The translations under genes and the position numbers were made by a program. The notes beneath the pieces were generated by a model. It worked only from the letters and a program-made list of their open reading frames with translations, was not told the origin of the DNA and did not search any database. Shown here in pieces: positions 7,549 through 17,691 of a stretch of 55,298 nucleotides of DNA (positions within the stretch are counted from its first letter, which is position 1; each line of letters begins with the position of its first letter). Source of the stretch: a virus (lineage: Duplodnaviria; Caudoviricetes). The stretch is from positions 1 through 55,298 of the IMG/VR virus record IMGVR_UViG_3300030107_001856, one strand, 5' to 3'.

Positions 7549-9247
7549 CACATACTCCTCCTGTACCGCTAATCTCACATATATCGTGAGTCTCTACGTG
7601 TTCGTCAAACTCTTCTCCAAGTTTGTCCACTGCCTCAGAATAAGGAACAGAGGTAAGAGGTTGACCTCCCCTAGATCCATCAGGGTATACTGTAAAGCCC
7701 CTGAGTCTATGAGCATACTTAGCAAGTGTATCTGCGAAGTCGTCTACTACATCTGGGTTATTTAATTTAGTACCCCATGCAGGTAGATTAATTGTTGAGC
7801 TAATAGACATATCAACGTAGTCCTGTACATCTGCCTGAAAGCGCATACGCCGTTTGTAATCTTCTGCTAAATCTAGTGCAGATTCTATGCTCTCAGGATC
7901 TACTCCATAAGTATCTATTAGCTCTTGTGCAGAGGAGTCTACCACGTACTGGTATTTCCATCTGTGTCCTCCCGTAAGATACCTTCTCTTATACGCAACA
8001 GCAAAGATAGGCTCTATCCCACTGGAGCTACCAGCAAGTATACTAATAGAGCCAGTAGGAGCAATAGCACGGTTCGCCACGGGCCTAGATATTGATAGTG
8101 CATCCGCAAATCGTCTAGATACATCATCACTGACTCCTTTGTATATTGCCAACCAACGGTGAAGCTCTCCAGTAACCTCATACTTTTCTCCTTTTTTAAT
8201 TAACCATTCATGTAATCCCATTATACCTAAACCTAATCGCCTATTCTTTTCTCTAACATCATAGACTTTTTGATAAGGTAACTCTGCTCTTAATGTTCCG
8301 CATATTAAAAACTTTGTAGCTAAATCAACAATCTCTGCTAGTTCAGATATGTCTTCAATCCTGCCAAAATTAATACTACCAAGATTGCATACATCACTGT
8401 CATCGCTACTGCACACCTCAGTACAGGCATTACGAAGTGTTTCATTTTCATCCTCCATAAAATTAAAACTAAACCCAGGCTCTCCTGTACGCATAGCTTG
8501 GGCTATGTTTTCCTTAAAGGTATCCCCATATCCTTCGCCATTCCAATAGTTTAGCAACCACTCTGTATCATAGTTAATAGATATGTTTGTCATATCCAAG
8601 GGTGCAGGAAAATTAAAGTCCTGCTCTTTTATTTGCTTTAGTGTAAATCCAGTGTTACCAACTGGCATAGTATCCCAATTTTTTGCGTTAAGAAATGTTG
8701 ATACATCTTTGTGTTTCCAATTAAGAGATGCGTATATGGCAGACCTACGACTACCTCCTTGCATTACCTTTTGGCCTATACTGTTAATCATTTGCATTTT
8801 GGGAATAGGGCCAGATGCCAGACCACCAGACCCACCAAGAACTTTACCTGATTCTCTATACACAGAATAGTCTACCCCGATGCCACCTCCCGTCATCAAG
8901 CAAGACTCCGCTTTCCAACTTAGGTTAGCCCAATCCTCTCGCGTATCTTCCTCTGCTTTTAGTAGAAAACAATTATTATAAAATCTTTTCTTTCGTCCTG
9001 CATAATAAAGATACCTACCTCCAGGAATAAACTTCAACTCATCTATATATTTAGTAAGAGCATCCTGTTCGTCCATAGTCATTAGGTTTTGCTCACCTGC
9101 ACGTAATGAACCGCATACATCTTTTACTAAAGTAGAAGCTAGATCAGACCACGTTTCACACCCATCGTGAGCATACTTATATTTAAATATATCTTCTGAG
9201 AATTTATTTCTAAATTGAGGATTGTTGTTAGATTTAAATGATGACAC
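7541..9247 (-). CDS. nrdJ: Ribonucleotide reductase, probably class II (B12-dependent)
   Basis: NNCF, GGGIG, GGSRRSA, NACTE (N-x-C-x-E), CNLGS, APTGS, C-terminal Cys pair; no NrdB/ferritin-like subunit in the genome. Confidence 0.82.
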   Translation of the reverse strand: MSSFKSNNNPQFRNKFSEDIFKYKYAHDGCETWSDLASTLVKDVCGSLRAGEQNLMTMDEQDALTKYIDELKFIPGGRYLYYAGRKKRFYNNCFLLKAEEDTREDWANLSWKAESCLMTGGGIGVDYSVYRESGKVLGGSGGLASGPIPKMQMINSIGQKVMQGGSRRSAIYASLNWKHKDVSTFLNAKNWDTMPVGNTGFTLKQIKEQDFNFPAPLDMTNISINYDTEWLLNYWNGEGYGDTFKENIAQAMRTGEPGFSFNFMEDENETLRNACTEVCSSDDSDVCNLGSINFGRIEDISELAEIVDLATKFLICGTLRAELPYQKVYDVREKNRRLGLGIMGLHEWLIKKGEKYEVTGELHRWLAIYKGVSDDVSRRFADALSISRPVANRAIAPTGSISILAGSSSGIEPIFAVAYKRRYLTGGHRWKYQYVVDSSAQELIDTYGVDPESIESALDLAEDYKRRMRFQADVQDYVDMSISSTINLPAWGTKLNNPDVVDDFADTLAKYAHRLRGFTVYPDGSRGGQPLTSVPYSEAVDKLGEEFDEHVETHDICEISGTGGVCGV

Positions 9248-9248
9248 T

Positions 9249-9485
9249 TTATATATTCCTTTCGTTTTCTTCTTCCTCTACACATTCTATTAGTTTATTT
9301 AAATACCATTGTGCCTTCTTTAAATCCTCAGTAGGTTTACCTTTGTAGTCAAACCGCCAAAGATACTTCAGTATGTTGCCTTGCAGGTAATATTTAAAAT
9401 TAGGTAGTAGTGCAGCTTCTATTGCATCTATGCATTCTATCCCACTCTGATTATAATGTGGTGGGTTGTTTACCATGTCCTTCAT
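9249..9485 (-). CDS. DUF3310 protein (T7 gp1.7-like nucleotide kinase family)
   Basis: DMVNNPPHY..IECIDAI...GNILKYLWR..YKG...EDLKKAQWYL. Confidence 0.88.
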   Translation of the reverse strand: MKDMVNNPPHYNQSGIECIDAIEAALLPNFKYYLQGNILKYLWRFDYKGKPTEDLKKAQWYLNKLIECVEEEENERNI

Positions 9486-9502
9486 AGTATGTCCTTGTTG
9501 TA

Positions 9503-9832
9503 TTAGTGTCTAGTTACGGGTGGGAAAGGAAAAGGTATGACGATGCCTTCAGCCTCTTCTTGTTCTTTCATTCTTTCCATGTCTTTAAACTTATCATAGT
9601 ATATATCAAGCAAAACATCTAGTGCAGGTGGCTCAAGAACTGCGACAGCACACATTGCTTTCATTATATCTGTAATGGTATCTATAGCAGAGTCTGATAG
9701 CTCTGACATATCTTCGTGAAGTATGGGTAGTATGTCAAATTCAATTTGTTTTTCTTCGGGTAGCTCTGACTTTACTTTTATTAGTACGCACAGTTCGTTT
9801 GGTTGTAGGTTCATTCGGTTTTTTATTCTCAT
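9503..9832 (-). CDS. Hypothetical protein
   Basis: GAGG SD; fits the operon; acidic protein ending VIPFP. Confidence 0.65.
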   Translation of the reverse strand: MRIKNRMNLQPNELCVLIKVKSELPEEKQIEFDILPILHEDMSELSDSAIDTITDIMKAMCAVAVLEPPALDVLLDIYYDKFKDMERMKEQEEAEGIVIPFPFPPVTRH

Positions 9833-10235
9833 TTTTGCCTCTCTTTTTTTCGTTTATCCATTCTTCAGGTATAAGCTGATCGGCAAATATAAAACCGTAT
9901 TTGTTACACCAATCGGCATACGTAGTTTTACTTCCTTTTCTTAGTTTATTTTTAGAGTTAGAAAATACAAACCTTAAATCTAAATCAGGATATTGTTCTT
10001 TTACTAGTAAGTGTTTTTGTCTATCCTGTACAGTAAATATACCTTTTGTTTCTACTACTATTCCGTTAGGTAACCAAAAGTCTGGCGTATAATTTCTATG
10101 CTTTTCTGGTTGAACAAAGGGTATCTTTTTAATTTCATAGCAGTCTAGTATATTTAAGAAGGCTAGTTGTTCAGATACCCTTTCTTCTAAACCTGATCTA
10201 AAACCATGCGCTAATCTATAATCTAATGCGACCAT
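9741..10235 (-). CDS. T7 gp3-like endonuclease I (Holliday junction resolvase)
   Basis: FRSGLEERV, YTPDFWLPNGIVVETKG, DRQKHL, TTYADWC. Confidence 0.92.
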   Translation of the reverse strand: MVALDYRLAHGFRSGLEERVSEQLAFLNILDCYEIKKIPFVQPEKHRNYTPDFWLPNGIVVETKGIFTVQDRQKHLLVKEQYPDLDLRFVFSNSKNKLRKGSKTTYADWCNKYGFIFADQLIPEEWINEKKRGKNENKKPNEPTTKRTVRTNKSKVRATRRKTN

Positions 10236-10479
10236 AGTTTATTGAACCAAGGGGGCGATTATAAACGTACGTTCTTTGTACGTTTCCACCTACTGCATTC
10301 TTATATGATGCTTGGGCTTCTTGTAGGTTTTCCCATGCCTCACGTACTATAGCAGTCTGACGATGTTTTGCTTCATTTCTTAAATCACGTAGCTCGTTAC
10401 TAAGTTCTAAGATACGTTCACTAAGATCATCGTCTGTTAAATCTACATATGGGTTTACATTTTCTTCTTGTGTATTCAT
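10216..10479 (-). CDS. Coiled-coil hypothetical protein
   Basis: 87 aa in operon, ATGA-type overlap with upstream gene. Confidence 0.7.
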   Translation of the reverse strand: MNTQEENVNPYVDLTDDDLSERILELSNELRDLRNEAKHRQTAIVREAWENLQEAQASYKNAVGGNVQRTYVYNRPLGSINYGRIRL

Positions 10480-11351
10480 GCTGCTTCTCCTTCCATGTTG
10501 TTTAGTTCTGTGTATGCTACCATAGGTTTGCTCTTAGCCTTAGAGAATACTGACTCCCTCTCTTGCATATTAGGCCAACAACTAAATCTATATTTACACC
10601 AAGAACATTCCATACCAAGTTTTCTGTTTCCAGTAATCACTCTGTTAAATGTTTCTGGCTCATCCTCAAAGCATCTTTCAAAGGGTGCATCTGAAACCAA
10701 TGCATCTATCTTCTTCTCTGCTTCTTTTAAAATGCTAGATACTTCTTCTTTAGTATCTGTGCTTTCTATTCTGTTAAGTTCACCAGTAGTTATGTTCATT
10801 GCCCATATACCACCAGCAGGTTTGCCAGTAGCTGAAGCGTATACGTGTAACTGTGTTACGTATCCAAAAGAATCTTTCTCTTTCAATGCATTCCAACTGA
10901 CAAATTTATTTCTAAAAGCAAAGTCTGAAGTAGATTTTATGTCATCAATTCTGCCATCATCAAAAGATAAATCTGCCTCTCCTGTTACTGTATGCTCACC
11001 TATTTTAGTAGTGAGATTTTGAGAAGATTTATATCCTTCTAGATTAGTTTCTTTTATAACGCCCTTTAATACCGCTTCTACTATATCTCCTAATATCATT
11101 CGTAGTAAGAAATTATATGAAAACGCTACTCCTTTTTCCCCTTTCTTTTCCATCTGTAATTGGCACAAGGGCCTACCAAGATTAGATGGTCTTACTTTAA
11201 ATTCTCTTCTATTTGTTGAAGAAGCAAACTGCTTACGTAATGCGTCAGCTACATCATTACATACGGTGGAGATAGTGTCCTCTGTCATGGACACCTCCCC
11301 ATCCATATTCTTTTGAAGCCAACTAATAACCCTCGCTAACTTCAAATCCAT
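10476..11351 (-). CDS. PD-(D/E)xK exonuclease (Cas4/RecB-like)
   Basis: RPSNLGRPLCQL, GEADL...DDIKS, GYVTQLHVYA, CSWCKYRFSCW Fe-S cysteines. Confidence 0.85.
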   Translation of the reverse strand: MDLKLARVISWLQKNMDGEVSMTEDTISTVCNDVADALRKQFASSTNRREFKVRPSNLGRPLCQLQMEKKGEKGVAFSYNFLLRMILGDIVEAVLKGVIKETNLEGYKSSQNLTTKIGEHTVTGEADLSFDDGRIDDIKSTSDFAFRNKFVSWNALKEKDSFGYVTQLHVYASATGKPAGGIWAMNITTGELNRIESTDTKEEVSSILKEAEKKIDALVSDAPFERCFEDEPETFNRVITGNRKLGMECSWCKYRFSCWPNMQERESVFSKAKSKPMVAYTELNNMEGEAA

Positions 11352-12223
11352 TAAGCAGCATCCTCACTAAGATTTATAAAGTCATCATCCCCATCAGATC
11401 CTGCCGAACCACTTGCTGTTGTGTGCTTGTCCATAACCCATTTATTAATCTGAGCTATATGATCGTGAAACTTACCAAAAAGTTCTACAGTATCATCGTC
11501 CATAGGGTAGGAAGTATCATCCGTAACAGATATATCTATATCGTAGTACGTGACACCACCAGATACTTTCTTGCTCTTCATCTGTACTGATCTAGAATTA
11601 GGAAGAACACGTTTCTTTGAAACCATATCTAAGAAAAATTTAGATAGAGTTTTACCAGAGGTCTTACCTGATAGTTCTATTTCTACAGGCAATGTAATCT
11701 CAGTCTTCTTGCCCTCTTCATTGACACCCTTCATAGTTGCTTCGCCATAAAAAATAATCATTAACCTACAAGATCGCAAAAACTCTTGCCTATCTTTGCT
11801 AAGAGACTTCCAATCTTTGATGTACTCAAGGGGTCTACCACACTGGAAGTCACCATCATCAGATGGAGCCTCATCGCGTGGCCCTTTAACTAGTACAGAG
11901 TGTATGTAAGATCCCTGTACCTTGTCACCATCCTTAGTAGTGCGCTCCGCATACGCATCGTACCTTTTGTATCTGTAACGATGTTCATAATAACGAAAAG
12001 TTACTTCCTTCGCGTATACTTTACCTTCATCGCTAGTAACTGAGAAGTATCCAGATGGACATATAATATCTCCGTTGCTATCCTCTAAGTTTTCCCTCTC
12101 TATTCTTAATCTAGCTAGAGAACTAGAGGAGGTAGACTCACCACCTGTTTCACCAAAACTCTTGGCTAACTCTGCCAATACAGCAGACTCCTCCATCTTT
12201 ACTATTTCTTGTGTTTCAGTCAT
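11351..12223 (-). CDS. Putative ssDNA-binding/annealing protein
   Basis: Position between PolA and exonuclease; acidic C-terminal tail DDDFINLSEDAA; own promoter. Confidence 0.55.
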   Translation of the reverse strand: MTETQEIVKMEESAVLAELAKSFGETGGESTSSSSLARLRIERENLEDSNGDIICPSGYFSVTSDEGKVYAKEVTFRYYEHRYRYKRYDAYAERTTKDGDKVQGSYIHSVLVKGPRDEAPSDDGDFQCGRPLEYIKDWKSLSKDRQEFLRSCRLMIIFYGEATMKGVNEEGKKTEITLPVEIELSGKTSGKTLSKFFLDMVSKKRVLPNSRSVQMKSKKVSGGVTYYDIDISVTDDTSYPMDDDTVELFGKFHDHIAQINKWVMDKHTTASGSAGSDGDDDFINLSEDAA

Positions 12224-12259
12224 TCTTTTTCCTTTCTTTGTGTAAAGACAAGACCTTCA

Positions 12260-12288
12260 GTTATACACAAAACAACCCTCTTTGTCAA
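12260..12288 (-). promoter_or_regulatory. Sigma70-type promoter
   Basis: TTGACA-17 bp-TATAAC upstream of the SSB-like gene. Confidence 0.75.
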
Positions 12289-14354
12289 GACATATTAAGC
12301 CAGTTGCTTCCTGTTTTTGTATCAATAGGTAAGGGTACATCCATGTTTATATTGTAGTATAAATGGATACGATCCTTCGTTGAACTGGGAGATAATGTAG
12401 CCTCTATAAGTTGCTCAACCCTATCGACTTCTTCATTTGGGCAATCAAGTAGCACACTGTCATGCACCGTATTTACTATTGTAGTTCTTAATTTATTTTT
12501 TTGTAGCTCCTCTCTTAATGCGACCAGACATAATGGAACAATGTCTGCCGTAGCTAGTGCCTGTACAGGATAGTTCTTTATCTTTGTAGCCCCTGTTGCA
12601 CCCCCTGTCTTAGTTCTTTTAGCATGGGGAAATGCAAACTGCCTACCTGTTGGCAACGTAATACATTTATTCTTAATAGCCTCTGTCTGTAAACTCTGAT
12701 GCCATTTTTTTATACCAGAGTATTTGTCAATGAAGTGTAAGTTGTATGCTTTCTCAGCAGGTGTACCACTCATGGCCCCATACAGTGGAGCAAACGTCCT
12801 ACCCTTGGCCTCTTGTCTAGACGTAGGTTGACCGTTGTTGGTTAAATAGTCTGCTGTATATGTGTGAACATCAAAGCCTGTTTCTATTTCTTGTCTAGCT
12901 GTTTGGTCAGCCGATAGGAATGCAGCTACCCTAAACTCCAGTTGTGCAAAGTCAAACTCAAACAGTGTGCCACCTTCGCCATACCTTGACACGAATGCCT
13001 CTTTAACAGGGAAGGTATTACCCCGTGGCATATTCTGCATATTAGGTGATGATGAAGATAGTCTACCCGTAGCAGTTCGACACTGATTGAAGTCAGCGTA
13101 TAGCATATTACCTATCAGTCTTTTTTTGATACCTTCTACAAACGCAGATAGGTATGTCTCAACAGCACCAAGACGCTCAACCTTTTCCAAGAACTCAATA
13201 GCATCTGAATGTTTGTCGGGGTTTAAAGATCTAAGTTGTTTAGCTAGAACCCGTAGTCTATTTTTATCTGTGCTAAATCCGTTAGCAGTCACCCATGTAC
13301 TATCGGGTGGAAATATCTTTAGACCACCAACATCACCTGTTTCCATATATCTCATACCTGCACCACCGCACTCATGGCAGGTGTGCGCTCTTGAAAAGGG
13401 AGTACCATCTTTTTTTATCTTATGTACTTTACCTGTTCCGTTACACGTTTTACACACAGAAGCTACTGTTTTCATTACCTTTTTACAGCCACTGCGAACA
13501 AGTCTCCTAAATTTATCTGTCTTTATCTTGGGTCTAAACGGACTGTCCAACTGATATGTTATGGCGTGGCTCTTTTTATCCCTTGGAGTATAAGAGAATA
13601 TCATAGAAGATACCTGCTCTGGACTACTAAGATTGATAGGCGTATCACCCATGTAACTGTGTACTAATTCCTGTAGCCTTCTTATTAGATCTTTTTTTTC
13701 CATGCGATAGTTAAACTCAACGTGATCGAGCTTTGCCTCATCTATAGCCAACCCACCATACTCTATCTCAGACAAACACATACACATCCTATTACTTAGA
13801 TTAACTGTAGGCATAAGCGTGGTGTTATCTAGATCTTTTATCTGGGCTAGATACAGATCCCTCGTAGCACGAATGTCTGCTCTACCATACTCCTCTACAA
13901 TCTCCCAAGGCATGGCCTCGTATCCTATACCCTTATCCCAATACTCTTTAGTTATGTCAGATTTTTTATTGGCTAAGTCTCGCCTCTCACAACAAGCACT
14001 AAGAGACATACTCATCCTCTCTCCTCTAGCCAGTATGTATTCACCTATCATAGTATCGTATATGTCACGGTCATACTGGATACCCACTGACCAGAGCCAT
14101 TGCAAGTCATACTTTATATTGTGTCCTATAAGAATGTCAGCATTCTGTATTTTATATTTAACTTCGTTTATACTATGTGTTTCATGTGAAACATCACGAT
14201 GGTAAACAGCCACATAATCTTCTTCACCCGTATCTACATCCAGTATACCAATAGAAACTAATTCATTATTTTTATTGTGGGGCTTGTTATCTATTATGTT
14301 TTCTTTTCTTGTCACACTATTTTCTATATCTACTACTAATCTTTTAATCATCAT
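12285..14354 (-). CDS. polA: DNA polymerase A with DnaJ-type zinc-finger insertion
   Basis: Exo motifs VDIE, GHNIKYDL, YGRAD; TATGRLSS, DFAQLEFR, AKGRTFAPLYG, NYPVQ, TVHDS; insertion CKTCNGTG...CHECGGAG. Confidence 0.95.
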   Translation of the reverse strand: MMIKRLVVDIENSVTRKENIIDNKPHNKNNELVSIGILDVDTGEEDYVAVYHRDVSHETHSINEVKYKIQNADILIGHNIKYDLQWLWSVGIQYDRDIYDTMIGEYILARGERMSMSLSACCERRDLANKKSDITKEYWDKGIGYEAMPWEIVEEYGRADIRATRDLYLAQIKDLDNTTLMPTVNLSNRMCMCLSEIEYGGLAIDEAKLDHVEFNYRMEKKDLIRRLQELVHSYMGDTPINLSSPEQVSSMIFSYTPRDKKSHAITYQLDSPFRPKIKTDKFRRLVRSGCKKVMKTVASVCKTCNGTGKVHKIKKDGTPFSRAHTCHECGGAGMRYMETGDVGGLKIFPPDSTWVTANGFSTDKNRLRVLAKQLRSLNPDKHSDAIEFLEKVERLGAVETYLSAFVEGIKKRLIGNMLYADFNQCRTATGRLSSSSPNMQNMPRGNTFPVKEAFVSRYGEGGTLFEFDFAQLEFRVAAFLSADQTARQEIETGFDVHTYTADYLTNNGQPTSRQEAKGRTFAPLYGAMSGTPAEKAYNLHFIDKYSGIKKWHQSLQTEAIKNKCITLPTGRQFAFPHAKRTKTGGATGATKIKNYPVQALATADIVPLCLVALREELQKNKLRTTIVNTVHDSVLLDCPNEEVDRVEQLIEATLSPSSTKDRIHLYYNINMDVPLPIDTKTGSNWLNMS

Positions 14355-15570
14355 ACCTCGCAACTCTTCCATCTAACATTACATTTATTTGTCCATGCCA
14401 ACCGCTAATTTTATTCTTGGCTATATTAAATACTCTGCGTGGATCACCCTCATCTGATCCTTCTATCATAGCGTACTTGCCAATCAGTATCATAAGATCA
14501 GCTTCAGCTGCCTTACCTGTCCTACTGTTTTCCATCATACTCAGGTTAAGATTTACCCTACCCTCTGCATCTGCTGACAATTGGGAGTACCCAAAGATAG
14601 CACACTCATACCTTGTAGCTAGATCCCTAGTGCGTCTGTATATCTCACGTAGCTTTTCATGTTGAGCAGTTATGTGTTTGCTATCAGGTAGTGTTACCTT
14701 GTCTAACATATCTATAACAAGTATGTCTGGCCTATGTTCTTTTAGGTGGGCCTCGATACCATCTATACCATACGACTCCTCTATCCTATCTATAAATAAA
14801 TTATCCTTTTTCCATTCTCCATTGATAAGACTACCGCCACCCCCTAGTAGTTCTTCCTCTGATTTATTTGTGGCTGAACTTAGATACCTCAGTGCTACCC
14901 TATTGGCAGGTTCCTCATTACAGAGTACGTGTACCTTTGCCCCCTGCTCTATCCAGCCATACGGCCCCATCGCAAACGATGCATGGCTAGAAGTCTTTCC
15001 CGTTTCTGGTCTAGAGCCTATCACTATAAAGTGTCCTGCCGATACACCCGACACCCTCTCCGCAAGGGAAGATACATTGAATGCCCATTTAGTTTGCACG
15101 TTCATGGAGTCAATTAATTTTTGTGGATCTAAGTCTATACCTGAGAAGGGGGATGCATCCGTAACAAAGCCAGAGGCATAGTCATCTATTAGTTTAGATA
15201 AACTATCTAGGCTATTCTCATCACCCTCTGTCAGGGCATAGCCTATCTCAGATACTCGCCTACCAATTTCTATACGCCACAGATTATGCATAACATCCTT
15301 GGCTACATCGACAGATATATCCTCCGACTGTTTCATCTTGGCAAAGAGAAGTTTATAGCTATCCTCTTGCGCTTTTGTTAGCGAGTTGTTGTTACTGAAG
15401 AATAGATTTTCTAACTCAGATAAGTTAATTGAAGTATCATACGCATCTTGCGCGGATATGATTGTCTCTACAATTCGTTTAGGTTCTTTCTCAAAAGCAG
15501 TAACGGGTACGCTTCGTCCGATCTGCTCATATATTTCTTTGTTGCATAGTGCCTTGACTAGTTCCAACAT
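14344..15570 (-). CDS. Replicative DNA helicase (DnaB/SF4)
   Basis: Walker A GSRPETGKTS, LCNEE, VIDMLDK, YSQLS, GKAAEADL, AKNK. Confidence 0.9.
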   Translation of the reverse strand: MLELVKALCNKEIYEQIGRSVPVTAFEKEPKRIVETIISAQDAYDTSINLSELENLFFSNNNSLTKAQEDSYKLLFAKMKQSEDISVDVAKDVMHNLWRIEIGRRVSEIGYALTEGDENSLDSLSKLIDDYASGFVTDASPFSGIDLDPQKLIDSMNVQTKWAFNVSSLAERVSGVSAGHFIVIGSRPETGKTSSHASFAMGPYGWIEQGAKVHVLCNEEPANRVALRYLSSATNKSEEELLGGGGSLINGEWKKDNLFIDRIEESYGIDGIEAHLKEHRPDILVIDMLDKVTLPDSKHITAQHEKLREIYRRTRDLATRYECAIFGYSQLSADAEGRVNLNLSMMENSRTGKAAEADLMILIGKYAMIEGSDEGDPRRVFNIAKNKISGWHGQINVMLDGRVARYDD

Positions 15571-16327
15571 TTTGTATTTCCTCTATAGCCATATCTTTAA
15601 TGTCTAGTTCTAATGCAACCACCTTACACTTGTCAACGCCTACGAATATTCTCCTAGACATTTGTATAGCTTTGTCCGTTGCATCCTTATCAAGCGCGAT
15701 AGTTACATTCTGGTATGTATCCCATATCTTATTTAGATTGTTAGTAGATAATGATGTACCTAAAAGGGGCATGGCATCTGTATCTTTTAGATATGTTACT
15801 GCCTTCCATGCCGATATGATATCCTCTACTATAATTAGATTAGGTTTTGATGGGGCATCAAACGGTACAACAATCGCACTGTCAATGTCACTATATCTTT
15901 TCCATTTGGGCTTTCGCCAAACGTCCAATGCCCTACCAATAGCGTCCACATTTTCGCCATATTTCTGGATCATAAACGCCACCCGTCTTTCTAGCGGATC
16001 GTATAGGACAGGGATACTTATATTGTTTATACAATAAGTGTCTAGAAAATCGCTACAAATATTAGCATAAGCCAGATTACTGAGAGTAGTGGTTCTGTCA
16101 TTTTGTATTCCTTTCGTTTTGTTTCGTTGTTGTTGATTAAATCTAATATCTTCTAGTGACATACTTGAATTATGTTTTACTCCACGATAATTACACGAAG
16201 CAGAGTAGCAGTTCCATTTAATTGTATTGCCCTCCCTACTTAAAGTAAAGGTGTTATGGCGGTGGCACTTGGGGCAACTACCCCTTTTGCTTTCGCCAGA
16301 TCGTATGTCATCGAAGTCAATATTCAT
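15527..16327 (-). CDS. DNA primase (Zn-binding + TOPRIM)
   Basis: CPKC...C....C, PKWKRY, IVEDIISA, LLGTSL, ALDKDAT, DIKD. Confidence 0.88.
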   Translation of the reverse strand: MNIDFDDIRSGESKRGSCPKCHRHNTFTLSREGNTIKWNCYSASCNYRGVKHNSSMSLEDIRFNQQQRNKTKGIQNDRTTTLSNLAYANICSDFLDTYCINNISIPVLYDPLERRVAFMIQKYGENVDAIGRALDVWRKPKWKRYSDIDSAIVVPFDAPSKPNLIIVEDIISAWKAVTYLKDTDAMPLLGTSLSTNNLNKIWDTYQNVTIALDKDATDKAIQMSRRIFVGVDKCKVVALELDIKDMAIEEIQNVGTSQGTMQQRNI

Positions 16328-16758
16328 TTGTAAAATATATGATCCTCTATCTGAAGAAGGTACTGCCTATTCCATTGGGGATCTACATTAATAGAGTGAT
16401 AAAATACTGCCCCTTCAAGTAAAGGTATAGATAAGCCATAGGTATAGTGAACCTCCTCTGCTATACGTATAGCTTTATCCCAGGATCTTTTATCTTTTGG
16501 TACATCAGATAAGCCATCACAGTAGAATGAGAATTGGCAACGATGCTTCACTGGATAGTTTTGTTTCCAGCTATACGTAGGCCCCTCCTTTACCACACCG
16601 CACACAGTGTTAGGCCAACGGCTATCATGGGTACGGTTCAAGACCACTTGCGCGACAGCCATCTGACCTACGGTAGGTTGATCCCTAGCCTCAAAGTATA
16701 TTGCTTGTGCCAGACAGGTTATGGATGCACCGAATGCTAGTACTGTAGCTTCAAGCAT
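16324..16758 (-). CDS. Cell wall hydrolase, SleB family
   Basis: CLAQAIYFEAR, GQMAVAQVVLNR, P.TVCGVV, CQFSFYCDG, HIFY. Confidence 0.92.
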   Translation of the reverse strand: MLEATVLAFGASITCLAQAIYFEARDQPTVGQMAVAQVVLNRTHDSRWPNTVCGVVKEGPTYSWKQNYPVKHRCQFSFYCDGLSDVPKDKRSWDKAIRIAEEVHYTYGLSIPLLEGAVFYHSINVDPQWNRQYLLQIEDHIFYK

Positions 16759-17081
16759 TACCTGTTATCTCCGCTTCCACCTATCTTACCGCGATCCATA
16801 CGGGAGCTTAACTTATCTAAATTAATTTCTACAGCCTCAGTTAGATCTATATCCAGATCGTCAGCAACACGGGCTAGATACCAGAGAACATCACCTATTT
16901 CTTTTTTAAGATCCGTCTTCCGTACCGTACTTATCTTCCCGTTATCATCACGGTAGATCTTTTTAATCTGGTTCATTAGTTCGCCCACCTCACCAGATAA
17001 ACCTAGTGATGGGTAAATAATGTCGTCACTGTATATCTTGGTCTTACGGGTTTCGATTTGATATTTGTTAAAGTCTAACAT
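16758..17081 (-). CDS. mazG: MazG-like nucleoside triphosphate pyrophosphohydrolase
   Basis: GGAG SD before MLDFNKYQ; LGLSGEVGE..IKK..RD, EIGDVLWY, GSGDNR. Confidence 0.88.
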   Translation of the reverse strand: MLDFNKYQIETRKTKIYSDDIIYPSLGLSGEVGELMNQIKKIYRDDNGKISTVRKTDLKKEIGDVLWYLARVADDLDIDLTEAVEINLDKLSSRMDRGKIGGSGDNR

Positions 17082-17085
17082 ATTA

Positions 17086-17691
17086 TTACTCCTGATAAAG
17101 TTTTGGATAATTATCTTCAATAGTATATCGAAGCGCATTACGCAATGTCTTTTTATCTTTCTTTGATCCGATAAAATATACGTAGCGGTGCTTCGCGGAT
17201 CTATTAATTCTGTTTTGTCTATCGCCTAAATGATGACGCGAGTGCTTACCGTCTGCACTTGCCATATCTGTACGGGCTTTTGTTGTGCCAGTGAATAGGA
17301 AATTACAGGCTTGATAAATAATACCAGCATGGTCTTGAGCAGTGTCAGCATAGGACACTACGACCTTGGGCTTCGGTAATAATTTGAGGGAGCGAGACAC
17401 CAAGAACGATGCCTGATTAGGTAGGTTATCTTTCAAGACCAGCCTGTTTAATTCAATTACGTTATGCCTATGCTCTTCGCCACATATGCCCTTACATAAA
17501 AAGGGAGAGGCTGGTGTACCATAAGATACCATGCCGACAAGTTCATCGTAGTGATACAAGCCATAGGCGAAGCTAATGCTAGGCATTCTTTTCGCATAAT
17601 GGATATTGAGTATCCAGTCTTTTGTTGCAGAGTATGGGATTTGAACCACCTCATATTCACTCTGCATTTGGTTTGACCAACCAACAAACAT
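17086..17691 (-). CDS. Mom-like GNAT-fold DNA adenine modification protein
   Basis: HYAKR, GMVSYGTP, ELNRLV, ASFLVSRSL, VVSYAD..Q.H.GIIYQACNF...G, K.RY. Confidence 0.78.
   Translation of the reverse strand: MFVGWSNQMQSEYEVVQIPYSATKDWILNIHYAKRMPSISFAYGLYHYDELVGMVSYGTPASPFLCKGICGEEHRHNVIELNRLVLKDNLPNQASFLVSRSLKLLPKPKVVVSYADTAQDHAGIIYQACNFLFTGTTKARTDMASADGKHSRHHLGDRQNRINRSAKHRYVYFIGSKKDKKTLRNALRYTIEDNYPKLYQE

Noticed and set aside
10476-11351. CRISPR-Cas system suggested by Cas4-like nuclease
   Set aside because: No repeat-spacer array or other cas genes; the gene sits in the replication module like ordinary phage exonucleases
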